A stretch of DNA of 64,000 bases from Octopus vulgaris (Eukaryota), in NCBI GenBank assembly GCA_951406725.2, contig OX597815.1:113398001-113462000 (forward strand), given 5' to 3'. Below are positions 24,418 through 36,970 of this stretch, in pieces (position 1 is the first letter of the stretch; each line of letters begins with the position of its first letter). The position numbers and the translations under genes were made by a program. Under the pieces are notes generated by a model. The model worked only from the letters and a program-made list of their open reading frames with translations, did not search any database and was not told the origin of the DNA.

Positions 24418-26659
24418 ACTAACATAGAGAATGGTTCTCAAATATACAACATAAAGAAAATATAGAATATTTGTTACAGGCTGCTTCACAGAACATCTAG
24501 ACGTTTTGCTGACAATTCACTTCATCAGCTGCCAGTAAAGCAGAAACGTTTGCTCATTTAGCCATGCAATATATTATCAATGACACTAAGATTGATTGGT
24601 ATATAAATTGATGAGGAACATGCAAAGGAACAAAGCCATCACCTTGTATATTACTGATCTCAGAATGGCAATGAAGATAACCTCAGAGTGCTCTGCTAAG
24701 GGAATATAATAAGTTAGTGTGCTTAAATATATGCCAAGTTATATAGTAAATACATACACATAAAACTTAGGTAGTATAAGAGAGAGAGTGTGCATATAAA
24801 TTTTAATACCTAGAGAAGATAAAATATTAATTTTGTCGAAATGTTATCATGCAAATAATTACAGATTGTTGAAGAATCAATAAAAACAACAATGTTGGAA
24901 AGGAAATTCTAATCCAGACTCATCAATATTTAAATTTAAATTTCATTCAAATGCCACGGCTGTGTCAATGCTGAATGTACATTTCTGTGTTTTTCCCCAA
25001 GACACCTTCAGTGACAGTTTTTTTAATGGCCTGTTACAAAGGATTGACCTTTTGTAACTACTTCTTGTAATTAATCGCTCTCAGTGGAACAGTTTTACCA
25101 AAATAATGCACCCCCTCTGCTTTTTTCTCTTCCTCTATCTTTTGGTATCATTTTGAAAGTACTGAATTTTTTCTTTGTCTTGTTTTTCTTTCTCTCTAGT
25201 TCTTTTATTTATATTTATTTATTTGTTAAAGATACATCCGCAGAATCTTGATTCTTCCTGTCATTGTTGTTATTTGTTTTGGATTTTATTGCATAACCTT
25301 GATTCTTCCTGTTGTTGTGGAGTTTATATGTTGTTTGCATAAAAATACATGATAATGTGTTTTGTAAATATCAATAGGAAGCGTCCTGTTCTCATTTCTT
25401 TTTTTAACAATATGAAATGGTAGAGCTTGTGGAAAATGAATCTCTTTGAGTATTAGATGATCTAATACTTCATTGTTTAGACAACATGTTCAAAATATGG
25501 AGATGTTCCAAAATACCAAAGGGATATTTTAAGTTAACCTTAATGTCTGAGAAAACTTGTTGCAAATAACAAAATCTTTCAGAATATTAAGCAAAAGTTT
25601 GTTTCAATATTTAGTTACATCTAAATTATATTTCAATTGATTGCTTTGATCTCCAATTGTCATCAAGTGTCTTGTTCTTGGACATGTCTGTATTACCAGA
25701 CAAGGCTTAAACTAGTGTTAGATGAAGTAGTAGCAAGTGGTTTGTTAATATAAGAAAGAAAGAGTTATGGAGACATTTCCAAACCCTTAGGTACATCAGA
25801 GTTAAATTTATAACAGAATGATCACTGGTAAACTTACTATTAAGCATAGCTTATAATCAGAACTAGAACCCAAGAAATAATTGCATGTCAGAACAAGACT
25901 GTTATCCTGATCTTCATTTGAGTATGCAACTAGCTTTGTACTCTTTTTACCTGCTTCAAGCCTATTTGAGAACTTTAACTCAGCACTTCTTTTGCAATAT
26001 TATGGAAATATTTGTTAATTTTGTCATCCCCCACTTTTGTAAATAGTAGGCTTTCCTTACCTCATAGTTCTTATGGTACATATTTATACCTAGATCAATG
26101 GTGCATGTTTATACCTTGATTAATAATGGTGAATTTATCCAATTGCCTAAAACTAAAATACATGTAATCATGTGGGTGAGATTTCAGTAACAAGATTATT
26201 AAAGAAACTAAAATCTCAACATGCTATGCTTAAAAGAGTCCACCGTCACTGACCTACATGAACTGATATATATATAGTTAAGCATGTTATCCATTGACGT
26301 GATGCTGTCATGATCATCCACATAGCAATCTCAGTGACTGTAATAAGATACAAAACCATTGAGCCATGAAAGATGATTTGGTAGTTTTTTAAATCAACCA
26401 GCTGCGACTCTGATTACAATTTCAGTACCACAGTCTCTGAGCATTGTTGTCATGTTTCCAACAAAAACTGCTTGTGTAACAGGGAGAAGTTATTAAATTC
26501 CTGAAAGTCATATAGTAGGAGCAGTCGACATTGACATAGATAAAAGTGGACCTAAGGAACACAATATGTAGATGGTAATATCATTTGTGAATGGTGTCGT
26601 GGTGGTATATAATACAATTTATGCACAAATATGTGTGTGCATATACATACACACATACA

Positions 26660-26775
26660 CACATACATACATATACACACATACATACATATATATACAT
26701 ACATACATACATTCATACATACATACATACATACATACATACATACATACATACATACATACATACATACATACA
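26660..26775. repeat. (TACA)n microsatellite
   Basis: Long ACAT run. Confidence 0.9.
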
Positions 26776-28375
26776 TGCATGTAGTATGCATACCCATATA
26801 TAATGTTACTGTAAATGGGAAGCTACTCTATGGGGGAGGGACTATCCTATGACTAATGGCTAAGCCTAATAAGTAGGACTAATGTATCTATGCAAATTAT
26901 GTTTGTCTATGTACATATATGTGTGTAAGAGTGTGTGTTTGTCTATATATATATGTATGCATATATATATCTATTTATACATCCATACTTGTGTGTGTGT
27001 GCGTGTATATACATACATACATACATACATACATACATACATACATACATACATACATACATACACACACATGCATACATTCATCTGTATCTATATACTT
27101 CCAGCTGGTTTACACTGACCTTTCAGGGTAATTTTCTGTTGTCTAATTAGCAAAGTACTGCACACACCTCGTTAAGTACAATGACTTTACACGTGACAAT
27201 GTTCATTGGCAGAAATTAGCAATATTTCATTTAACTAAATGACCACCAATTGCTGAGATTTCTCTTGCTTTTATTGTCTTTTGTTTCAATATTTATATTT
27301 ATTCTGACATATATATATATATATATACATATATATATGTACATATATATATATATATATACATTCCTTGGAAAGTTAATTTATCCCCCAATTAGTCCAC
27401 ATATTTTTCCTTGTTACTTTATGGTTGGTTAAAAGCTTTATCATCTAACATTGGTTTATTAACACTGATTTGTAAAAAAATTGTTTGGTTCTTTCTCTCT
27501 CTCTCTCTCTCTCTCTCTCCCTCTCTCTCTCTCTCTTCCTCTCTCTCTCTCTCTCTCCCTCTCTCTCTCTCGTGAATGTGTATAAATATATATATATATA
27601 TATATGTATATTGTATTCATTTTTTTTTTTCATTTTGATTTAATCTCTGGCCTAATTTATTTTCCCTCCCTCTTTATTTATCGGTCTTTTCATTTGAAAC
27701 AATAACTGTTAAACAGATGCTGTTTTGAATGTCAAGAGATTTGTAATTCTACACACAGATTGTCATCATAAATACACGCAAACACAAGCACCACAGTGAT
27801 TAGTTGTTGGCTGTTCACTCAGTGTGTAAATTTACTCACTCACTGTTGATGTCACAGACATTGTGTCTCTTCTCTCTGCTGTTTCTATTGCCACAGCAGT
27901 GTCCTCGGTTCCTTGGATCTGTTTGATTTCATTCCCTCTCTACTCATGCACTCCAACTCATTTGCCTCTCCTTCTCTTGCCACCCTTAACCACATGCTAG
28001 CCTCTATGCCCATTTCTTCCTTTACAGGATATCCATCCTCTGGAATTCACTTTCCTTGCAAATATTCAAGAGGAATACTAATCATGCCAGTCTCACTGAT
28101 CTCAGAGTGTCTGCAATAGCCTTGGTGCAATCCATACCAAGTGCATGTATAAAATAAAAATGGTGAGAGATGTATCTGTGATAGAGTAATCTTGAAAAGG
28201 TAACCCTATCGTAGGAAGAAGATATTTATTGCAAAAGTCAGATCAAATTTAAGAATATTGATTCTGGAAACAAAAAGGATTCAAAGAGAGCTGTTTTATT
28301 GCATACCTACCTAACTGATGCTAGCATAACTATGATTAAACTTGGAATAATAATAATGGAGTGAATTATCAGCTT

Positions 28376-28414
<39 letters not shown>

Positions 28415-28463
28415 GTAACAGAAAAGGGGAATTTCAGTTGTCCCCACGTGGTGGATTGTAATG

Positions 28464-28515
<52 letters not shown>

Positions 28516-28602
28516 AAGCTTTCTAAAGATTACAGATAAATTCCTCTATTTACATAATATTGAGGTCTCTTTCATTCTTTTGTTGTCTTACCATTTCTAT
28601 CA

Positions 28603-28634
<32 letters not shown>

Positions 28635-28638
28635 TGCA

Positions 28639-28990
28639 GGCGCGCTGTTGGTTGGGGCATTTGAATTATAACGTCCGATGTAATCAATTGAACCGCACGC
28701 GTATTTATCGTTATGGTAAAATCTGGCGTGTGATTGAGTGGATTTCATCCAGATAGTCTTGGCTGAAGAGCTACAAATGGATTGTTGTAAGTAATATTAC
28801 ATTTAATTCATTAATAGCGAAACAATTGTCCCAAAATAATCTGTATTTTTGTTATTTTTTATTTGCCCTGTCCGTGTGAGCTAACAGTCGTACTGGCTTT
28901 CATGGGAAACATGTATTTTTCGTGGTTGAAACCTTTTGGATTAACTGGTGCTAGAGTGATCAATATAGTGACCACTCTCTTATATTTATA
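28639..28990 (+). mobile_element. single arm of the 10518-11211 palindrome family, between (TA)n tracts
   Basis: Colinear with 10878-11211 and retains segments deleted there. Confidence 0.9.
28759..28834 (+). ncRNA. type-I hammerhead ribozyme motif
   Basis: TTGG-CTGAAGA-GCTA(...)TAGC-GAAAC-AATT-GTC-CCAA. Confidence 0.8.
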
Positions 28991-28991
28991 T

Positions 28992-29025
<34 letters not shown>

Positions 29026-29500
29026 ATGACATTAGGAAGGACATCCAGTCATAGAAACCATACCAAAAAACTGAGATACTGGAGCAAAACATGGTCTGCT
29101 GTCTCATTGGTTCCTGTCAAAATGTCCACACGCATGCCAGCATAAAAAGCAGACATAAACGTGTTGGTGGTGGTGATGGTTGTTGTGGTGATATCAACAG
29201 TAATATTTGTCACTGTTCTGAATCTCTTACTTTTTTGTAACATTCTGCTCAAATCTACCTAGCATTACAGAATACTGATAATCTAACCATCAACTACCTG
29301 TGACCTTAAAACAGCTGACTATTCTAGCGACAGAATGAATCATCAGCTTTCAAGCAATACACTCTGCTGCATATATTGAGTACATTTTCTTCTATTTGTA
29401 CACCCAAACATTTCTGCTTTCTGTATGCAATATATAAGGAATGCTGAATGCGAACTGTTTGATTGGTTGTAATGGGAGCAATGTTACAATAGATCTTCTA

Positions 29501-29648
29501 CAGGCATGGGCAACATTTTTTGAGAAGTGGACCACATGATACATGGTTCATCATCAGGTGGGTTGCACTACTAAAAATTCAAAGTAATTTTTTTTTCTAT
29601 TGATGTGCCATTCAAAAAGCCCCATGGGCCACAGTTTGCTCATGACTG
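29501..29648. mobile_element. hAT-type MITE remnant
   Basis: TIRs CAGGCATGGGCAA / TTGCTCATGACTG (11/13); flanking 8-mers ATCTTCTA / ATCTTGTT. Confidence 0.6.
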
Positions 29649-29926
29649 ATCTTGTTTCTATCGTGTATAGATAGTAGTGAACTTACTATGAGCTACTTAA
29701 TAAATATCTTATCCATTCAGCCATTTCACTTTTTCATGTATATATGAGCAGTATCTGTACGTAAAAAACTTGAGTTATTGACTAAATATCACCCTGATTA
29801 CTCTCTTTATTGTAGTTTTGTAGTTGGATTACGACCCATTCAGGAATGTTAAGCATTTCACATACTTTTAAAGCTTAACCTACAATTTGCTATATAATAT
29901 ATGTTATGTTCATAGGTAAATTTGGC

Positions 29927-29957
<31 letters not shown>

Positions 29958-30470
29958 ATGTGTGTACTTACATACTTACGTACTTACATAAGTTAGTTAT
30001 ATCACCATCATCATTTAATGTCCATTTTCCATGCTGGCATGGATTAGATGGTTTGGCTGGAGCTGGTAAGCCAGAGAGCTGCACCAGGCTCAGGTCGTCT
30101 GTCTTGGCTTGGTTTCTATGGCTGGATACCCTTCTTCATACCAAACACTACAGAGTGTACTGGGTATCTTTTACAAGTCAGTAGCATGGATGCCCTTTTA
30201 TGTGCCACTAGCATGGGTGTCTTTTACAAGTTTGATTGTAACAGTTCTGGGTGTCCACTATTCCATGGACTGAACCTGAAACTATGTGGCTGGGGAACAA
30301 ACTTCTTACCACACAGCCACACCTGCAATATATATTTATTTTTTAACATCTTGACATACATAACAATCCTAGCTTTTGAATTTGTTTACAATGAAAGCTT
30401 TCCACTTGTTCTACTTATAAATCCACTACACTTGTACTTTCAGTCACAGCTATCCATTCAATTACTGGCT

Positions 30471-30518
<48 letters not shown>

Positions 30519-30543
30519 GGTGGTGGTGGTGGTGGTGGTGGTA

Positions 30544-30988
30544 TTTAGCCCCAGGTCAGCTTGAATAAAACAGACCTATGATCAAATGTATTTCAGCTTT
30601 GATTGTTGTATATTCTTCTTATGTGCAGGAAATCCAGGACCACCCTACCCAACATATCTCTTTTGAAGATGATGTGTTGAAGGAGTGTTGATTACTATTT
30701 CTAGCAGGTCAAGCAACCATGAAAAGAGCCCTGTGATATACATGTATAGTTTCTAACCATATTGGGGACAATATTAGACAGACAAGTGAAGAGGTCTCTA
30801 AGTGGTCATACGACCTGCTTGAAATAACAGCCAAATTTACTTCAGATCTACCACCTTGTAAAAAGAAGGATACATTGAATAATGGGGTCTTAGATAAGCT
30901 ATACCTTAAAAAATTATGACATGATCATGGGTGGAATACCTTTGATCATGGGTCTGCCCAATCAGAACTGACATGAAGCTAAACAACA
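30544..30988. repeat. two inverted copies of an old dispersed repeat (family E)
   Basis: TTTAGCCCCAGGTCAG..AGACCTATGATCAAA vs TTTGATCATGGGTCTG..CTGACATGAAGCTAAA. Related copies near 620-775, 6150-6360, 7250-7510, 37080-37265 and 40470-40660. Confidence 0.55.
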
Positions 30989-31639
30989 TCAAGACATGCT
31001 GACTGTAAAATTCATTAAAAATGAATGTAAACTTCGTTTGGTAACTTAAGCCAAAAAAAAATTTTAATCTGATAGAAATTAACTGAAGGAAATCCCTCAA
31101 AAATAATTGACACAAAGGTGAGCCAAAACTCCTATAAATTTATATAAAAAGAAAACTAAAAATTTGGAGAAAAGTTTAGAGGAAATTTGAACTAACTGCA
31201 AGAAGAGATAAGTCATCATCACCATCATTGTTGTCATCATCATCCTCATTATCATCATTGTCATTATCATTATTGTCATCATCATCATTATCATCTTCAT
31301 CCTCATCATCTCTTAGTGTCCTTGTTCCATGTTGGCATGGGTTAGGTGGTTTGACAGGATCCAATGGGTCCAAGAACTGACTTGTGCTCTAGTGTCTGCT
31401 ATTACATGTTTTCTACAACTGGATGCCCTACCTAAAGCCAACCTCTTTACACCGTGTTGTGGTTCTTTTACTTTGGCACCGACACTACTACAGTCACCAT
31501 GCACAGAATGATAACAACAACTATTACAAGTTCTTTATTAAAGTCACACTAAATATAATTCAAGCAACTGATGGGCTGTTAACTTTGAAGACAAGTAATG
31601 TTTCCTTTAACATTTCTTCATTCTTTTTGCATTACCTTA

Positions 31640-32254
31640 GCAAAAAAGGAGAAAAGTTTGGCATAAGAGGAATTATATGCAGTGTACAAGAGGAGACTGC
31701 ATTGGTTTGGTCACGTGATGCAGATGGATGAGGGCAGTTGCATAAAAAAGTGCTGATCAATTAAAGTGGAAGGAAGGTGTGGAAGAGGGAGACCCAGAGA
31801 GATATGGTATAAAATATTGAAGGCCAATCTCAAATTGTTGAGCTTTACAGAAGAAATGACAGAGGGGCAAGATATGTGGCACATTGCTGTACTCAAGAAC
31901 CACCCACCACAACAGAATTGATATCCTAAAACCAAGGTACCACATCAAAAGCACTGGTGCTGGTCCCACACAAAAAGCACTAGTGCTGGTCCCACATAAA
32001 AAGCACTAGTGCTGGTGCCACACTGGTGATGGTGCCACATAAAAAGCACCGGTGCTGGTGTCACAAAAAAGCACTGGTGATGGTGCCACTATGCAAAAGC
32101 ACCCAGTATACTCTATAAAGTGGTTGGCATTAAAAAAAAATCCAGTTGTAGAAACCAAGCCAAACAGACTATGGAACCTGGTATAACCCCTGGCCTTGCC
32201 AGTTCCTGTCAAGTCATGCCAGCATGGAAAGCAGACGTTAAATGATGATGATGA
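31640..32254 (+). mobile_element. older RTE LINE 3' fragment with ~27-bp tandem repeat in 3'UTR
   Basis: GIICSVQE..LHWFGHVMQMD..CIKKC*SIKVEGRCGRGRPREIW. AAAAGCAC(T/C)(A/G)GTGCTGGT units at 31947-32100. (GAT)n tail. Confidence 0.8.
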
Positions 32255-32268
32255 CATATATATATATG

Positions 32269-32332
<64 letters not shown>

Positions 32333-32619
32333 TCAGTGTGCATTCAAAGCAATGGTTAATAAATTTATGAAACTGGTATGCTTTTAAATCTCTTTAACAA
32401 TTCACAATAATGACTTTTATTACTTTTATTACTACCTCAGTTCATCTAATTGTATATATCTATCATTACTTTTCATAAAAAGCCTTTACTTTTTTTGATT
32501 TCCAATGTGCATTTTCACTTATTTTTCTTCTTACATTTCCACGTGTAGTTTCTATTTTCTTTTTTTAACATACTTCTATTATATATATCATCATCATCGT
32601 TTAACGTCCGTTTTCCGCG

Positions 32620-32681
<62 letters not shown>

Positions 32682-32915
32682 ATGTATATATATATATATA
32701 TATATTTGAGTAGTTGAATGAATTATCTTATTATTCGAAAGATAACCGATACCTGGGTAGCAAATTCACATCAGAAAGAACACGGTTGAAAGGATATTTG
32801 TTAACTAGTCGTTCAACTCCATTCTTTCATATACTTATATATATATATATAAACATACTTCTATTATATATATATATGTGTATATATATATATATATATA
32901 TAAACATACTTCTAT

Positions 32916-33000
<85 letters not shown>

Positions 33001-33335
33001 AATTAACAGAATGAGATAAAAATCCAAGGCTGTGAAAGATTACAGAACAGTTATAAGTAGGTCTTACAGCTGTTTCCGGGATATTTTATATATACCATTC
33101 TGCCTAAATAATGGAACTACAGATACAATATCCCTGCATATCTCACATCTATTTTCATTCCTCCACTTCACTCTCTATTCCATATCTTACCTAGAGTAAC
33201 TATTGCTTAACCATTTTATTACACCATCTCCGATGAAGGGATATATAAAATATCCTGGAAACAGCTGTAAGACCTTCTATTTATAAATGTTCTAAAATCT
33301 TTCACAGCCTTGGATTTATATCTCATTCTGTTAAT
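33001..33335. mobile_element. PLE-like inverted-repeat element
   Basis: ~92-bp arms 33001-33092 / 33240-33335; hammerhead motif overlapping the right arm. Confidence 0.75.
33227..33272 (+). ncRNA. hammerhead motif with variant core (CCGAUGA)
   Basis: TCT-CCGATGA-A-GGGATAT(ATAAA)ATATCCT-G-GAAAC-AGCT-GTA-AGA. Confidence 0.6.
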
Positions 33336-33524
33336 TTTTTTATATGTACACATGCTGATATATGACCTACGTTGGATTCCTCATTCACATAATCACCTAA
33401 TCCTGGAGCTTAACTATAGCTCCAGGATTAGGTATATAGTAAGTCAATAGCACCTACTCAGCATTACCTGACACCTTTGGGTCTTATTGACACCATTACC
33501 TCTTATAACCTCTCTCTCTATATA

Positions 33525-33582
<58 letters not shown>

Positions 33583-34891
33583 ATATGTATACATACACAC
33601 ACATATAATAAAAATGGCAGGACAAGATATGATGGGAATTTGGTGACTATTTCTAACAGGTCAAACAACCATATAGAAAATCCATTTTGTGTGTGTAATG
33701 TCTTAACAGTGAGTAGAATTTAAACATGTTTCATATTTGAAAACCTGACATTTTTTGCACAGTACACTAACAAAAATAGACAGAGAGAAATGGTGTCTAC
33801 TTTGTCATTGGTTATTGCACAACACAACAAAGACACTGTTAGTTAATATATACATTCATAGAGATCTTTATTTAATCCAAAATGTTTAGAAGAAACACCA
33901 TTTAGTTTGTTTGTGGTTTTTGTTGTTTATTGTGTGGGGGAGTAGATCTATGTCTGGTTAGGTCTGATTTAGTCCTTTCTTTCACCAATAAACACACCAA
34001 ATACTTTTTCTTAATTTTAATTTTGTTTTCTTTGAAAAAAAAACCCCACTTTGAAAGGAATTCTTCACAAAAAACACTTGTTAACTAAATACTTAAAATA
34101 CTATAGCCTTTCACCTACCACCATACTTTGAGGGGTTCTGACATTTCTATTTGTGCTTTATTTTATTTTTCTAACTATTCCAAGACTAATCATTACTGTT
34201 TAGAAGTTTTTTTTTATTTGCTTTTTTTGTTTATTTGTTCCCTTCCATACCCCTTTTTTATGGTATTTTATTTATTTTACTATAGAGTTTCATTCCACCC
34301 ACCCCTTTACTTAAACAAATGGATTCTGTTTCAGTGAACTGTGGCCATTTTCAGGCTAAAGTCCTCTTGTAAATATCTGCCTCTTTGAGAGTCTGTGCAT
34401 ATATGTGTATGTTTGTGCAAGTGTGTGTCAATGAGTTTTGTGTCTTTGCATGTGTAATTGTGTAAATTACGTATCTGAATGTGTGTTTGTGGGCTTGTAC
34501 AATACTTTTGTAATTTAGAGAACATTCCATAAGGACCACTGTATATATAAACACCATTTTCTCTTTTGCCCTCTCACCCACTTTCATTCTGCCCTCTCTC
34601 TGTCTCTTTCTCACTCTCTCTCTCTCTCTCTGAACACAACTACAAATACCCATTCTATCCATCTACTTAGAACTGATTGAGGTTTCAGGAACAGAACCTG
34701 TCCACTGAATGTTTTCTTTATCTGCTAGATTAAATGTCTTCACTGTCAATTCTACTTTGAAAACAGTCCTACCCTTATCTCTGATACACAAAGGGACACT
34801 TTTTAATCTACTTCCACACTATAGCTACTGCTTTCATTCCTACCCTGCTACCATACACATTTCATTCTCTCTATCTCTCTTTCCTTCTCAC

Positions 34892-34954
<63 letters not shown>

Positions 34955-36000
34955 CTGCACAAAATACACATAGTCCCCACCCTCTCAACTTCCAAGCCCA
35001 AGATATAAACACCTACACACTGGCAAAAGAAACTTCAGACCAACATCCACCTAACCACTGACACCATTTATTATTATCTAGTTCCATTAAAGTTGATTGA
35101 ATTATTTACCAAACCTAACCCAATAACATGACTGTTTAACCCAACACTTGAAAGGATAGAAAACTAAATCTACAAACTTCAAGACAGAAAATTTTATTCA
35201 CATTTATTTATATATTTTACAAATTTAATTTATTTGTTTTATACTTGAAACTAGCAAAAACAGTAACGTTAAGACTAAATAGCTTACATTATTTAGTTTA
35301 GCCCCTCTCTGTTCAGAGTTCAAATCCCACTTGGGTTGATGTTTCTCATTTATCTCTCTAGGATTGAGAAAATAAAAATATTTGCAATGATAGGCTGAGA
35401 CTAAATTTAGTTGGCTTTGAATCTCTCCTGGAGATACTCACTTTGTATCCTGTCCAAAGGGACATTTATTTCATGACATATAAGTACATAGAAAGAAAAT
35501 AAGCTTCTGATAGCTTCAAGGTGAAGTTTTGTTATTGGAAATTACATGAAGAGAAAGACATGATTGAATGACTGAATCTATAACTTTCCACAAGTTAGTT
35601 TTAACTTGCAGACAATACAAAGTTTTACCCTAAAACGAGCAGACAATACAATTTCACTTAGCAGGCAACACAAACAGTTTTGCTTTAAATCTAGAAGCAA
35701 AGAGTTTCAAGTAACTGGCAACACAGTTCTATCATAAAAGTAGCAAACTACACAAATAGTTTGCCTTAACAGAAGCACCCAGAACAGTCTGTGAAGTGGC
35801 TGATGTTTGAAGGGTATCTAGTCATAGAAACCATGCCAAAACAGACAATTGGAGCCTGGTGGCCAGCTCCTGTCAAAAACCCTCCAATTCCTACCAGCAT
35901 GGAAAAAAGACATAAAATGATTATGATGATGATGAACTTAAAATGAGCTAGTTAGAAAATCTTTATAAGAGATGAAAGCAGTAACTATTGTGAGAAATAA

Positions 36001-36310
36001 TACTTATTGCCATTTGAATATGGCTGTTCTGTAGAAACTGATGTTACTGCATTTTTTAACCCCAGGAGGACGCCTCCTCTAGCTGGTTATTCAATGCAAT
36101 CTGCACCTGATATATATTGCAAAGAAGTCAAAGCCATACAGTCTGGTGGCTCCATGGCTGGAAGATGTTAGGGGTTCACTTCCCTGCTTACAATATATAT
36201 GGGGTGCAGATTGCATCAAATAACCAGCTGGAGAAGGGGGTCCTTCTCGGGTTAAAAATAGCAGTAATATCGATTCCTACAGAACAGCCATTTTTAAGTG
36301 GCGATAAGCA
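36001..36310. mobile_element. foldback element (~120-bp imperfect arms, ~70-bp spacer)
   Basis: ATGGCTGTTCTGTAG..AGCTGGTTATT..TGCAATCTGCACC..ATATATATTG is mirrored at 36191-36310. Confidence 0.75.
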
Positions 36311-36660
36311 TTACTTCTGAACTTAAAATTGATAACCTTAATATAACATTTTTATTTATTCTTGAAGGGATCAGTTTTTTCTTTTTTTTTTCTAGAAAAG
36401 AATGGTAAGCCAATAGATTGGTCTAGTCATTTTATGTTAGTTAACTAAAAGGATATGGTATTTTTGTTTTAGAATTATTATATCTATATAAATGACAATC
36501 TCTCTTAAGACATAGCAAGTAGATACACATTTTATTTGAACAAATCAATAAATGTAATCATCTTTGCAAGGTCAGCATTACCAGCATCTAGTAATAAATT
36601 AGGGCAATTCACTTCATTGCACCCAGAAAGGGTTCCTAGCTTCCGCTTTATGATAAGGTA

Positions 36661-36970
36661 AAGACCTCCTTCAGTCATGAATGTCCATGGAATTGCACCT
36701 AGAAAGTTCCCCTCCAGGCAAAGTTGTTTATGGAAGACCAGCTGTAGCCCATGCATACCACACCATTGATGTTATCCAAGGGAAAGGCAAAAGCCAATAC
36801 AGTTTGGCATCAGCAATGTCACAACTCATTTCCTAAAGCTGAATGAACTGGAGCAACGTGAAATAAAGTGTCTTGCTCATAAACACAACACACAGCCTAG
36901 TCCAGGAATTGAACTCACTACTTCATGACTGTGAGTCCAATGTGCAAACCACTGAGCCATGCACCTTCAC
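36661..36970 (-). mobile_element. SINE family C with 13-bp TSD
   Basis: Homologous to 14782-15126; TTATGATAAGGTA at 36648-36660 and 36971-36983. Confidence 0.85.

Noticed and set aside
31176-31373. Acidic D/N-rich ORF
   Set aside because: Translation of a degenerate (CAT)n tail of an RTE copy
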